Positions 15,819-24,829 of a stretch of 44,081 bases of DNA are shown one piece after another. The stretch is taken from UHGV virus genome UHGV-0206210; one strand, given 5' to 3'. The DNA is from a virus. Numbering within the stretch: the stretch's first letter is position 1; each line of letters starts with the position of its first letter. The notes beneath the pieces are model-generated. The model made no database searches and was not told where the DNA came from. It saw nothing but the letters and a program-made list of their open reading frames with translations. Position numbers and translations under genes: made by a program.

Positions 15819-16420
15819 TTTACACCTCAATCAGAAAGGATAGTTGCTATGAATGAAAAAATTATGGGATTTATTCATCAAGCTATAACAGTTGATGATG
15901 ATTACATCAAAAACTTGCTAGAAATATACAAGATAATGAACGGATTGAAAAACGGAGATTTGGTTGCTACAAAAGAAAAAATAAAGGAAAGGAATCAAAA
16001 ATAATTATCCATCAATACACCACCAGTTTTTAAACAATTATACCAAAGGAGGAACCACAAGGTAACAGAAATCACTATCTCAATAGAAAAAAACGGATCG
16101 ACAATGCAACACACCGTCTCGACAAAAGAAGAAGCCCTAGCTTTGATCGATCGATACTTCAAGGAGGGATCAGCATGAATAAAAAATGGTTAGCAAGTCT
16201 AAATAGAAACAACTTTTACAAAGCACGACAACTCCAAGCAATTTCATATTTGAGCATTGGTTTAAACATCGTACTTTTGTTAACTCTGATTTGGATCATG
16301 GGGGTTAAGTAATATGACTAGAGCTGAAGCACTACGTATTGGCAAAATCATTGCTGATCGCTGGTACAAGCATAACAAGCCGTTGATTCAATCAAGGCAG
16401 AATATTGGGAGGATGAAAAA

Positions 16421-16678
16421 ATGGCTAAGTACAGATGGCATGTGACAGTAAAAGGAAGAGATGACGTTGAGGTCGTCAGACACTATAAATGGGTAACGAA
16501 ACTTTATAGATTTATAGCGAGAAGTCATCGTTTTCTAGGAGGTAAGGAGTTAACAATTTATCGAAATGGCAGACCTTATACGGATATACATTACAACGAT
16601 GTAATCGCAAGGCTAAGCATGAACCGCAAGGAAGGGGAAGAACGCAAGTATTTAATGACAATAAAAAAGACCGACTAG
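16421..16678 (+). CDS. Hypothetical protein.
   Basis: 85-aa ORF. Confidence 0.3.
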   Translation: MAKYRWHVTVKGRDDVEVVRHYKWVTKLYRFIARSHRFLGGKELTIYRNGRPYTDIHYNDVIARLSMNRKEGEERKYLMTIKKTD

Positions 16679-16751
16679 CCGGCAAGCTTTAGTCAGTCAG
16701 AAACGAAAAAATATATACCTAAGTTTACCACAAATAAAGAGGAGTGGGAAG

Positions 16752-17087
16752 ATGTCAGATTATATCGCAACAAATTACGACAACCTGTTGCAAGACGAAA
16801 GCAGTCATGTGATGCCTAATATCCATTCTTTAGACGACAACGAGGAAGAAGTAGACCTGTCAGCACATTGGAATGAGGACGATAACGGAACGATTGTTCA
16901 TGAATCGGATTGGATGTTTATAGGTTATCGAGAAAACAAAAATGGCACGCTTGCTAAATATGTCGTACAGCAAGAGAATTTCTTACTTGTAGTTGATGAA
17001 TATGGGCCAAAATCACTGAGGATGGACATGATGAAAATTATCAGTGGTAAAGAATGGCTGAAGCAAAGACAGGAGGAATTTAAGTGA
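16752..17087 (+). CDS. Hypothetical acidic protein.
   Basis: 111-aa ORF. GAGGAG RBS. Confidence 0.35.
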   Translation: MSDYIATNYDNLLQDESSHVMPNIHSLDDNEEEVDLSAHWNEDDNGTIVHESDWMFIGYRENKNGTLAKYVVQQENFLLVVDEYGPKSLRMDMMKIISGKEWLKQRQEEFK

Positions 17088-17764
17088 GCGAAACTACCTT
17101 AGTTGAGAAGTTGATCCAACTACGAAAAAAAGTTCCTTATATCAAGAAAGAACAAAAGCAATATATCAAATTTTCAGTGGTAAGTTCTGAAACAGTATTG
17201 ACAGAGTTCAATACTCATATGAACGAACTGAATATTTATCTCAAAACAGAAGTAGTAAATAAAACTATTGAAAGACAAAAGATAGCTGTAAACGAGAAAA
17301 CTAAGAAAGATATATTTAGCTATCTTGTAACGCTCGATATGAAGTATACGTGGATCAATGGTGACAATCCATCTGAAAGAGAAGAGGTAACATTCTCGGC
17401 AATTGCTGATGATGAAAATTCTTCGTATGCATACGGACAAGCTTTAACATATGCAGAAAAAACGTTCTTTATGAAAGAGTTTAATATTCCTGCGGATGAC
17501 GTGGATCCTGATGTGTTTCAAAAAGAAATTCTAAAACGTATTCCAGCAAGCCCTGAACAAATCGAAGCCATACACATTCAGTTAGGAAAGCTAGAAGAAT
17601 TAACAGAGCAACCGAAACTTGCGTTCTTAGAACAAGCAAAAATGACAAACGGTGTAAATGCGAAGAAAGCTCCTGAAGAGTTCACCGGATATGATTTTGG
17701 GCTAGTAATGAACACCTTAACCGGATGGGTTAATGGATATGAAAAGAAAAAAAGTAAGAAGTGA
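17084..17764 (+). CDS. ERF-family single-strand annealing protein.
   Basis: AGGAGG RBS plus GTG start. Pattern YIKFSVVSSETVLTEFNTHMNEL...SYAYGQALTYAEKTFFMKEFNIPADDVD parallels P22 Erf (KYKYRSCEDILEGV...SYARKYCLNGLFGIDDAKD). Confidence 0.55.
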   Translation: MSETTLVEKLIQLRKKVPYIKKEQKQYIKFSVVSSETVLTEFNTHMNELNIYLKTEVVNKTIERQKIAVNEKTKKDIFSYLVTLDMKYTWINGDNPSEREEVTFSAIADDENSSYAYGQALTYAEKTFFMKEFNIPADDVDPDVFQKEILKRIPASPEQIEAIHIQLGKLEELTEQPKLAFLEQAKMTNGVNAKKAPEEFTGYDFGLVMNTLTGWVNGYEKKKSKK

Positions 17765-17769
17765 TGTAA

Positions 17770-18447
17770 ATGAACAATCTTTCGTATCTAGCAAAAATAA
17801 CAAATGTCGATGGTGATAAAGTCACATTGCAGCTCAAAGAGTCGCTAAATATCGAACGACTCAAAACAATCTTTGATGGATATGACGGCGAGAGACAAGC
17901 GGAAATATTCATCAAAGACCCACGAGGGTTCACAGTCGAGCAGAGGAAGTTTTTCTTCGCTTTGTTAAACGATATCTACAAAGAGACAGGGCTGTCTATT
18001 GACGAGATGAAAGATTATATCTACTCAATGTTTAGATACGCCACAGGCAACAATATAAGCCTTTCAAATCAATCTGTATCGACAGTTGATGACGTTTCAT
18101 ATTTAACCAATCTCGTACTTGATTTCATATTTGAGCACGATATTCCTTTCAAGGATGGATACGAGGTTCCGCCGCAAAACATTCAGTATTTCTTTTATAA
18201 ATGTGTGACAAACAGGACCTGCTGCATTTGCGGTAAAAAGAACGCTGACATCGATCACTTTGACAAAGCTTTGGGAAGACGAAAGCGGAGAGAAGTTGAT
18301 CACACAGAATTTACTTTTGCAGCGCTTTGTAGAACTCACCATACCGAGAAGCACCAAATGGGAATTACGGAGTTTAAAAACAAGTATCACGTTATTGGCA
18401 TTAAGTTGAATCAAGAAGAAATTAAAAAATTGAGGATTGGAGGTTGA
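17770..18447 (+). CDS. Protein with a C-terminal HNH-like Cys/His nuclease motif.
   Basis: CCICGKKNADIDHFD...VDHTEF...CRTHHTEKH. Confidence 0.4.
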   Translation: MNNLSYLAKITNVDGDKVTLQLKESLNIERLKTIFDGYDGERQAEIFIKDPRGFTVEQRKFFFALLNDIYKETGLSIDEMKDYIYSMFRYATGNNISLSNQSVSTVDDVSYLTNLVLDFIFEHDIPFKDGYEVPPQNIQYFFYKCVTNRTCCICGKKNADIDHFDKALGRRKRREVDHTEFTFAALCRTHHTEKHQMGITEFKNKYHVIGIKLNQEEIKKLRIGG

Positions 18448-19273
18448 TTCCTTGGCAGAAGTAAGAACTCAAATATTCCGCCAATCAAAAACAAATAACT
18501 ACTCGATCATTCATAACGAGATACTTCGTCGAAACGATATTAGTTGGAAGGCTAAAGGAATAATGTGTTACATCCTTAGTCTTCCTGATGATTGGGTAAT
18601 TTATTTGGAAGAATTGATTGAACATGCTACCGACAAGAAAGCAAGTTTCAGAAGTGGTTGGAACGAATTAACAGAAAAAGGGTATGTACGTAGGTTTCCG
18701 ATTAGAAATGAATCAGGAAAAATAGTTGAGTGGAGGACGGAAATTAGAGAAAACGTTGATTTAACAACAAGTTCACCACTTACCGATTTTCAAGAAGTAG
18801 AAAACCAAGAAGTAGAAAACCAAGAAGTAGAAAATCGGAAGCTACTAAGTACTTATTCTTTTACTAATGACTTATCTATACCAAGTACTAATTTATATAT
18901 AGCTCGATTCGAACAATTTTGGGAAAGGTACCCTAAAAAGACACAAAAAAAGAAGGCTAAAGAACAATTTAGCAAGAAGGTTACTAACCAGACAGAGTTT
19001 GAAAGGTTTAAGACAGGTTTTGACAACTACATGGCTTATATCGAATTAAACAGTTGGTACAACGCACAGGAGTTTTTTAGATGGATAAGAGACAAACGAT
19101 ATCTGGACCAGTATGATTTGACACCCAAAAAATCATTCTCAAATTCTACTAGGCAAGAACAACTGCCAGATTGGGCGAAGGAGCCAGTCGATTATTCTAG
19201 CAACAAGCCAAAAGTGACTGATGAAGATTTAAGGAGGTTCTTAGAAGATGTCGGAGACACAGAGGGATTTTAG
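18437..19273 (+). CDS. Replication initiator / replisome organiser (DnaD-like winged-helix N-terminal domain). Internal QEVEN x3 repeat.
   Basis: N-terminus IHNEILRRNDISWKAKGIMCYILSLPDDWVIYLEEL. Probable TTG start at 18452 after GGAGG. Confidence 0.55.
   Translation: MEVDSLAEVRTQIFRQSKTNNYSIIHNEILRRNDISWKAKGIMCYILSLPDDWVIYLEELIEHATDKKASFRSGWNELTEKGYVRRFPIRNESGKIVEWRTEIRENVDLTTSSPLTDFQEVENQEVENQEVENRKLLSTYSFTNDLSIPSTNLYIARFEQFWERYPKKTQKKKAKEQFSKKVTNQTEFERFKTGFDNYMAYIELNSWYNAQEFFRWIRDKRYLDQYDLTPKKSFSNSTRQEQLPDWAKEPVDYSSNKPKVTDEDLRRFLEDVGDTEGF
18781..18835. repeat. 15-bp tandem repeat caagaagtagaaaac, three copies, inside the initiator gene. Candidate origin iterons.
   Basis: caagaagtagaaaac caagaagtagaaaac caagaagtagaaaat. 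Confidence 0.5.
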
Positions 19274-19559
19274 TAAGCCTGTGAAATTGATATTCAACCT
19301 TTTGCCTGCTGAACATCAAGAATCGATGAAGTTTCCGCTAGAGTCTATGACTGGTTATGTCAAAGAGACAGGCGATACAGAATCGACTGGAGCGGAAGCT
19401 AAATTCAGAGTGTTCATGCTCATGTATCGACATTTGCTTATATCAAAGCGGTTAGTAGACAGCAATCACTTTGGAAAGAATTTCATGGATGTCACGACAG
19501 ATGAACTTTGGAAAGAGGCGCAGCAGCTATACATCAGTTTGAAAAATGGAGGCGGATGA
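19248..19559 (+). CDS. Hypothetical protein.
   Basis: 103-aa ORF. Confidence 0.3.
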   Translation: MSETQRDFSKPVKLIFNLLPAEHQESMKFPLESMTGYVKETGDTESTGAEAKFRVFMLMYRHLLISKRLVDSNHFGKNFMDVTTDELWKEAQQLYISLKNGGG

Positions 19560-19743
19560 CATGGAGAAAGTGATTTGCTTAGACGGGTGGCGATTTGATT
19601 TCCCTAAAAGATTACTCGTGAGAGCAGCGGCACTCTTAGATTCTGGTATGAAGCCAACGGAGGTTGCACAAGAATTGAAATTATCAGAAAGGGATATAGC
19701 GGTCATAACTTTGGACCTCTTGGATAAACGAAATGCCTTATAA
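19546..19743 (+). CDS. Hypothetical protein.
   Basis: 65-aa ORF. Confidence 0.3.
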   Translation: MEADDMEKVICLDGWRFDFPKRLLVRAAALLDSGMKPTEVAQELKLSERDIAVITLDLLDKRNAL

Positions 19744-20116
19744 CAAAAAGATTGTAATTCCTGGGGAATTGACTGACCTGAACAAGTTCATCAATAGCCA
19801 GCGGACGAACCGCTATGCAGGCGCTAAGTTGAAAAAGGAGAACACAGAAAAATGTTGTTATGCTTTTCTGATGGCGAAAGCGGAAGGGCTGAGAGTGACA
19901 ACGCCGATCAACTTGAAAATCACTTGGTACTGCAAAAATAAGCGCAAGGATAAAGACAACATTGCGTTTGGGATCAAGTTTATCTTGGACGGAATGATTG
20001 AAGCAAGAGTGATCGCAAATGATGGTTGGGGCGAGATTGCCAACTTTGAGCATCGGTTTGAAGTGGATAAGGATTGCCCGAGGATTGAAATTGAATTGGA
20101 GGAAGAAAAATGTTAA
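19733..20116 (+). CDS. RusA-like Holliday-junction resolvase.
   Basis: 127 aa. KITWYCKNKRKDKDNIAFGIKFILDGMIEARVIANDGW has the RusA-like acidic catalytic cluster. Confidence 0.45.
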   Translation: MPYNKKIVIPGELTDLNKFINSQRTNRYAGAKLKKENTEKCCYAFLMAKAEGLRVTTPINLKITWYCKNKRKDKDNIAFGIKFILDGMIEARVIANDGWGEIANFEHRFEVDKDCPRIEIELEEEKC

Positions 20117-20373
20117 ACATGAGAGTTTTAGATTATCAAATTACTAGTGATGAAAATTCTGTATCAGTTAACAAGGCAAGAATAAGTGAGAAAAATGGTA
20201 AAGAAGTTTTCTCGCTAGTTGGGCATTATCCGACTTTAGAAATGGCATTAAGAGGAGTTCAGAAACACTACACGCTAGGAGAAGGAACCGAAATACAAAC
20301 TATCAGTGACTACCGAAAAGCTTTGGAAAAAGTTCATGAAGCATTTCAAATCGAATTGGAGGAAGCAGAATGA
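20110..20373 (+). CDS. Hypothetical protein.
   Basis: 87-aa ORF. Confidence 0.3.
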   Translation: MLNMRVLDYQITSDENSVSVNKARISEKNGKEVFSLVGHYPTLEMALRGVQKHYTLGEGTEIQTISDYRKALEKVHEAFQIELEEAE

Positions 20374-20669
20374 ATGTGTGTGAAATCAGAACACTAGCAA
20401 AAGAACTACAGGAATATACAAGAGTTGTTGGTAGCCACAACAAACATATACAGAGTGTAGCTAACCGTCTGGTGGAATTAACTGAGCAATCGCAACTCAA
20501 CGAGTGTCAGCAGATTGCAATAAACAAAGCCAAGAAGTCTTTTGAAAAAGGTTCAGATTTATACGATTGTGCCATTGATATGATGCTATACGATGGCTTG
20601 ACAGATAAAGAATGGGCAAAAGCAACAGTTGCTTTCTTGTTGTGGGCGCAGAAACGGGAGGAAGAGTGA
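20370..20669 (+). CDS. Hypothetical protein.
   Basis: 99-aa ORF. Confidence 0.3.
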   Translation: MNVCEIRTLAKELQEYTRVVGSHNKHIQSVANRLVELTEQSQLNECQQIAINKAKKSFEKGSDLYDCAIDMMLYDGLTDKEWAKATVAFLLWAQKREEE

Positions 20670-20866
20670 TGAAAAGGCGCCAAAAAAATAAACAATTTAA
20701 GAACTGGCTAATCGAAAACGGTTATCCAGATAAAAAAGTAACGCTTTATTGTTCAGAATGTGGAAACAGATTGAGTTTTAAGAATGAATACCATAAGAGA
20801 CATCTGTTGTGTAACGAATTTTGCTTCATGCGCAGCATCGGTCTTGGATGGAACGATTTTCTATGA
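20668..20866 (+). CDS. Small Cys-rich (zinc-ribbon-like) protein.
   Basis: CSECGN...CNEFC. ATG at 20668 follows GGGAGG. Confidence 0.3.
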
Positions 20867-20884
20867 TGAATAGGGGGAAGAAAA

Positions 20885-21352
20885 ATGATAAATAATGTCA
20901 CTCTAGTCGGAAGACTAACGAAAGATCCGGATTTGAGATACACGAGCAGTGGTACTGGTGTTGCAACCTTTACCCTAGCAGTCAACCGCAACTTTACAAG
21001 CGCTGACGGCAATCGTGAAGCAGATTTTATCAATTGTGTAATTTGGAGAAAGTCAGCTGAGACATTAGCAAACTATGCGAAAAAAGGCGTATTGATCGGA
21101 GTAACAGGACGGATCCAAACACGTTCCTATGATAACCAACAAGGACAAAAAGTTTATGTCACAGAAGTGATTGCAGACAACTTTCAGATGCTAGAAAGCA
21201 AGAAAGCCGATTCTAGCCAAAATACACAAGGTAGCGGCGCTACAAATAGTCAAACGAATAATAATGCCAACGCTCAACAAAATCGCAACAATGTCCAATC
21301 AGACCCATTCAGCAACTCATCGATCGATATCGATGATAGCCTTCCATTTTGA
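20885..21352 (+). CDS. ssb: Single-stranded DNA-binding protein.
   Basis: OB-fold N-terminus [20 protein letters not shown]...FINCVIWRK. Gly/Gln/Asn-rich tail ending DIDDSLPF. Confidence 0.85.
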   Translation: MINNVTLVGRLTKDPDLRYTSSGTGVATFTLAVNRNFTSADGNREADFINCVIWRKSAETLANYAKKGVLIGVTGRIQTRSYDNQQGQKVYVTEVIADNFQMLESKKADSSQNTQGSGATNSQTNNNANAQQNRNNVQSDPFSNSSIDIDDSLPF

Positions 21353-21503
21353 GAGGTGAGCAGATGACACCGACACAAGAAAGTCTACGCAAACTATCAG
21401 ATAAAGAGTTAATAGCACAACTAAAAATCGTACGCAGCGCACAAAGGCGATTTGAATTTCGTGAAAAATGGATTTGTGAAGAAATGGAACGGAGGAGTAA
21501 ACC

Positions 21504-21743
21504 ATGAAACTAGCAGACACAGTAACAAGAGTGCAAGACGGTAAGTATAGCCCACCGCCACGAGTAGCCAGAAAGCAACGGAGAGTAAAAGCAGGCATCG
21601 AGTATTGGTGCGTGACCGAACGTTTTAAAACACCTTTCAAAGCAGTGTGTGTCAAAGTGCTTGATAACTCAGCTATTGTGACGTTTGGCAGCGATCGGAC
21701 AGTTGTTAAATTGCGAAATATGAAGAGGGGGGATGAATCATGA
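21504..21743 (+). CDS. Hypothetical protein.
   Basis: 79-aa ORF. Confidence 0.3.
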   Translation: MKLADTVTRVQDGKYSPPPRVARKQRRVKAGIEYWCVTERFKTPFKAVCVKVLDNSAIVTFGSDRTVVKLRNMKRGDES

Positions 21744-21967
21744 ACATTGTTGATGTTTTCTGGAAAAACGTTGCTTGGCATTTGGGGAATAAGAATATTC
21801 TGCTAACCAAGACACAGATGATTGCATACAGAAAGAAAGCAGGCGTGACTTTGACGACAGTTCAAGAAATTGCTGAAAAGCTTGATATTGATGATTACGC
21901 CATCTTATTTGAGCAGCTAGATGATGAAAAGGCAAGTCAGAAATCGGAAGAAATAGAGGAGTGCTGA
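21740..21967 (+). CDS. Hypothetical protein.
   Basis: 75-aa ORF. Confidence 0.3.
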   Translation: MNIVDVFWKNVAWHLGNKNILLTKTQMIAYRKKAGVTLTTVQEIAEKLDIDDYAILFEQLDDEKASQKSEEIEEC

Positions 21968-22212
21968 GGATGGATGAAAAATACCTAAGACATTTAATTT
22001 TAGGGACTGTAGAGCATGAACAATATTTAACGGATGCATATTACTGTGGTCGGATAGCACCACCATCAATTATTCAAACGTTGAAACAGAAGTTATGCCG
22101 ACATAAATTTTCTCTGTGGTGTACCAATTATGGTGTGCAAGATGCAGTATTAATCAACCAGAGAATATGTGTCAAATGTGGAAAAGAAGAAGTCAGCTAT
22201 CCGACGAAATAA
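21961..22212 (+). CDS. Small Cys-rich protein.
   Basis: 83-aa ORF with two CxxC pairs. Confidence 0.3.
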   Translation: MLRMDEKYLRHLILGTVEHEQYLTDAYYCGRIAPPSIIQTLKQKLCRHKFSLWCTNYGVQDAVLINQRICVKCGKEEVSYPTK

Positions 22213-22268
22213 AAAACTGATTGATACTGGCATCAATCAGTAAGGGATATAAACGATCGAGGATAATA

Positions 22269-22577
22269 TTAGTTATCATCGTTTTCTTTAAAGTAATCAT
22301 CAATGTACTCTTTAATTTTTTCAAAATCTTTAGTCAGAAAGAATTTAGAAGGAACTTTTATGATAGGAAGGTTGTTTTCATTATCAAAAGGAACGAATGG
22401 CTCAGGAAGGACCAAGTAGTCAACATTATCTTTGTCCCTAAGATAATTTACTGAAACATCGTAAAACTGAGAAAAATAATCTTTAAGGCTTGTATCTTTT
22501 TTAAAAAGAAGTCCCGGAGATAATGGCGTATAAGACATTACATTATTGAGCACTAAGACAAAACAAATTTTTTTCAT
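22269..22577 (-). CDS. Antisense moron. 102-aa protein with a hydrophobic, signal-peptide-like N-terminus.
   Basis: AAAGGTGG RBS 7 nt before the ATG. MKKICFVLVLNNVMS. Embedded in an AT-rich spacer and opposite to its neighbours. Confidence 0.45.
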   Translation of the reverse strand: MKKICFVLVLNNVMSYTPLSPGLLFKKDTSLKDYFSQFYDVSVNYLRDKDNVDYLVLPEPFVPFDNENNLPIIKVPSKFFLTKDFEKIKEYIDDYFKENDDN

Positions 22578-22737
22578 AGATAAACCACCTTTCAGTTAAA
22601 TTATATACTAATTAATAGAATTAATGTAAATGAATTGAAAATATCGGTATTTGATTTTTTGATAATAAAAAATCTTTAGAGTGTAAAAAAACAAATAAGT
22701 CAGCAATCGTCAGCGATAACAAACAGGAGGGATAAGA

Positions 22738-22923
22738 ATGAGCGAAGTAAAAGTAGAGGTTTTAAATCATGTGTCTGGTGAGGAGCTAGAAAATATGTTG
22801 AACCATTATCTGGGCGCTGGATTCAATATCCAAGATAGTCATGTTAGGTGGTATCAAGGAACAATTGAGGGTGTCTACGTGTTTGCAAAATATATTGCCG
22901 TCGAAATCGAACAGGAGGAATAA
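22738..22923 (+). CDS. Hypothetical small protein.
   Basis: 61 aa. AGGAGGG RBS. Confidence 0.35.
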   Translation: MSEVKVEVLNHVSGEELENMLNHYLGAGFNIQDSHVRWYQGTIEGVYVFAKYIAVEIEQEE

Positions 22924-22924
22924 T

Positions 22925-23347
22925 ATGGTACCAAAATTTAGAGGTAAAAGAAAAGACGATGGAAAGTGGGTTGTAGGAGTTCCGATTCCAAATAGCTTTT
23001 GCGACGTGGTCCACATGATTCCTATTCTTTTGACAGACAAAGTAGCCTATCCGCCAGAAAGATTATATGAATATTTAATTGAGATAGAGCCTGAAACGCT
23101 TAGTCAATCAACAGGATTGAAAGACAAGAACGGCGTGGAAGTATTTCAAGGGGATATCGTAAGATGCACCAGAGGCTGCCCTCATGAGGTGGTTTGGCTA
23201 CAGGAATATGCTGGCATGTATGTTGGTGGAATGCCTGCATGGTATCTTTCAGGGCTAAGTGAAGGATATGCGTGGACTGGCGAAGAGGAAGTTATCGGCA
23301 ATATCTACGAGAACCCAGAACTATTGGAGCGAGCCGATGAAAACTAG
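22925..23347 (+). CDS. YopX-like phage protein.
   Basis: N-terminus MVPKFRGKRKDDGKWVVG, the classic YopX start (M.PKFRAWDK...). ORF-track frame, with start at ATG 22925. Confidence 0.45.
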   Translation: MVPKFRGKRKDDGKWVVGVPIPNSFCDVVHMIPILLTDKVAYPPERLYEYLIEIEPETLSQSTGLKDKNGVEVFQGDIVRCTRGCPHEVVWLQEYAGMYVGGMPAWYLSGLSEGYAWTGEEEVIGNIYENPELLERADEN

Positions 23348-23525
23348 CCAAGCAATCATCATAACGATCCTAACTGTCCTGGCACTGAGTTGTTTAACCT
23401 ATACAATAGTGGACCAACAGAAACAAATCAACCAGCTAGAACAGCAGTTACAAGATGTGCAAAGGAAGTATGAAATTATCAAAAATGATCCGTTAGTCAG
23501 GGATGCGATGGAAGCGGGAGGATGA
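23334..23525 (+). CDS. Small membrane protein (one TM plus a coiled-coil).
   Basis: MKTSQAIIITILTVLALSCLTY... Confidence 0.3.
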   Translation, partial: PMKTSQAIIITILTVLALSCLTYTIVDQQKQINQLEQQLQDVQRKYEIIKNDPLVRDAMEAGG

Positions 23526-23658
23526 AAATGGCACTACCTAAGAAATCAAATCATGTTCGTGAAGTTAAAGTGATGGAAGATCTGTATGTGAATGGCACGC
23601 CAGAGGAATTAGTAAAATATTTGTTCTGGTTTGGCAGACGTTAAGGGAGGGCAAGTGA

Positions 23659-24072
23659 TTGAGGACATTAAGCGAGGCGACTAAGAAGAGTCTTGATGAA
23701 GAACTATTTGAATATAATTCGATAGCTTACGAAATTGCACTCAGGAAACTGGAAATCGAAACTACCAGAGAGCAAGATGAAAATGTTGGCGGTGGTAAGA
23801 GCGGGTATATTTCTAAAATACCTGAATCACTAGTGATTAAGTATAGTGAAGATAGCCGAATCCAATATTTAGAAAAGTTGAGAAGTGACATAGAGCAACT
23901 TTACCATGAATGCACTGAAGAACAACGGCTTATTATTGATTTGAGATGGCTATTAAATGAATCAAATACTTGGGAAGAGGTTGCCACGAAAATTCATTGT
24001 TCAGAAAAATCTGTTTATCGTAAAAGAGAAAAGATTTTAGAAAGATATGCGAAGATAAAAGGCAAAATGTGA
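23659..24072 (+). CDS. ArpU-family late-gene transcriptional regulator (sigma-like).
   Basis: GGGAGGG RBS plus TTG start. C-terminal sigma region-4-like helix WEEVATKIHCSEKSVYRKREKILERYAKI. Lies at the early/late junction. Confidence 0.55.
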   Translation: MRTLSEATKKSLDEELFEYNSIAYEIALRKLEIETTREQDENVGGGKSGYISKIPESLVIKYSEDSRIQYLEKLRSDIEQLYHECTEEQRLIIDLRWLLNESNTWEEVATKIHCSEKSVYRKREKILERYAKIKGKM

Positions 24073-24487
24073 CAGGGAAAAGCGTATTATTGTCACAAAA
24101 AACAAGCTAAAATAGTATTATCAGATATCGTCCACAAGCACAACGGCATTCAACTTCCTTTTGATACGTAAAAATTATTCTGTGGGCGATAGTCACTGTG
24201 GCGGAAGTAGAAGACGCAACTAAGGAACACAGTGTTCTGTACGTAGAAGTGACTTTATAGTTACAGCGTGAGTACAAATCAGAACGTGAGTGGGGCAGTA
24301 CCACTCCAGTGACATTGAGATTGAGCAAAAGCACGTGGCAATCAGCTATTGAGTTATCCCAAGGCTTTTGTCGGATAAACAATCTCAAAACACGGGGCTT
24401 AGATCCCAGAAAAATAAGCATGCAGAGGGTAGCTCCCTCAAGTTGGTGGATATGGTTGTACGGAGGACCGGAAGAACCGGCAGCGTC

Positions 24488-24512
24488 ACAGGTTCGAATC
24501 CTGTGTCACCAA
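24488..24512 (+). ncRNA. tRNA-like T-arm and 3' acceptor segment (acagg-TTCGAAT-cctgt-gtcacca). No canonical cloverleaf found upstream. Part of a long non-coding stretch (24073-24600).
   Basis: Exact T-loop consensus TTCGAAT closed by a 5-bp stem. A terminator hairpin (agtcactc-attgc-gagtggct, then ttttatttt) follows at 24562-24595. Confidence 0.3.
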
Positions 24513-24829
24513 TAGGGTTTATAGTTATCCCGACTGCTAGTCAGCGAAAACTTGTTACATAGTATTTTTAGTCACTCATTGCGAGTGGCTTTTTATTTTG
24601 GGGAGGAATGAAAATGTTACAAGAAGCTATTTTAAAAGGTGAAGAAGCATATTTGAAGAAAGCTTCCGAGGATAGACGATTTTCCCTACATGAGTGGGAA
24701 GGCATTAAAGCGATTGTAGATGATAAAAGAGCAGGCGTAAAACTGGATCAAGCGGTTGATCAGCATGCAAGTACGGTACATGCATTTTAAAAGCGTAGCT
24801 AGTCTCCGCAATACATAGAACGAAGCGAG

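Noticed and set aside
18781-18835. Tandem 15-bp repeats considered as a possible CRISPR-like array.
   Set aside because: There are only three units with no spacers. They are in frame within a coding gene and fit replication-origin iterons, not CRISPR.
20303-21033. Minus-strand ORFs (20303-20500, 20507-20695, 20746-21033) in the early region.
   Set aside because: They overlap well-supported plus-strand genes, including SSB. They lack RBSs. Shadow ORFs.
24107-24421. 104-aa minus-strand ORF in the ArpU-downstream non-coding region.
   Set aside because: It has no RBS and a Cys/Arg-rich odd composition. It overlaps the structured-RNA-like region. The region is more plausibly non-coding.
24419-24512. 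Attempt to call a full tRNA or tmRNA ending at the T-arm at 24488-24512.
   Set aside because: No acceptor-stem complement (tggtgac-like) and no D or anticodon arms could be found upstream for 73-93-nt models. The 5' end is not G-rich as in tmRNA. I kept it only as a tRNA-like fragment or candidate ncRNA.
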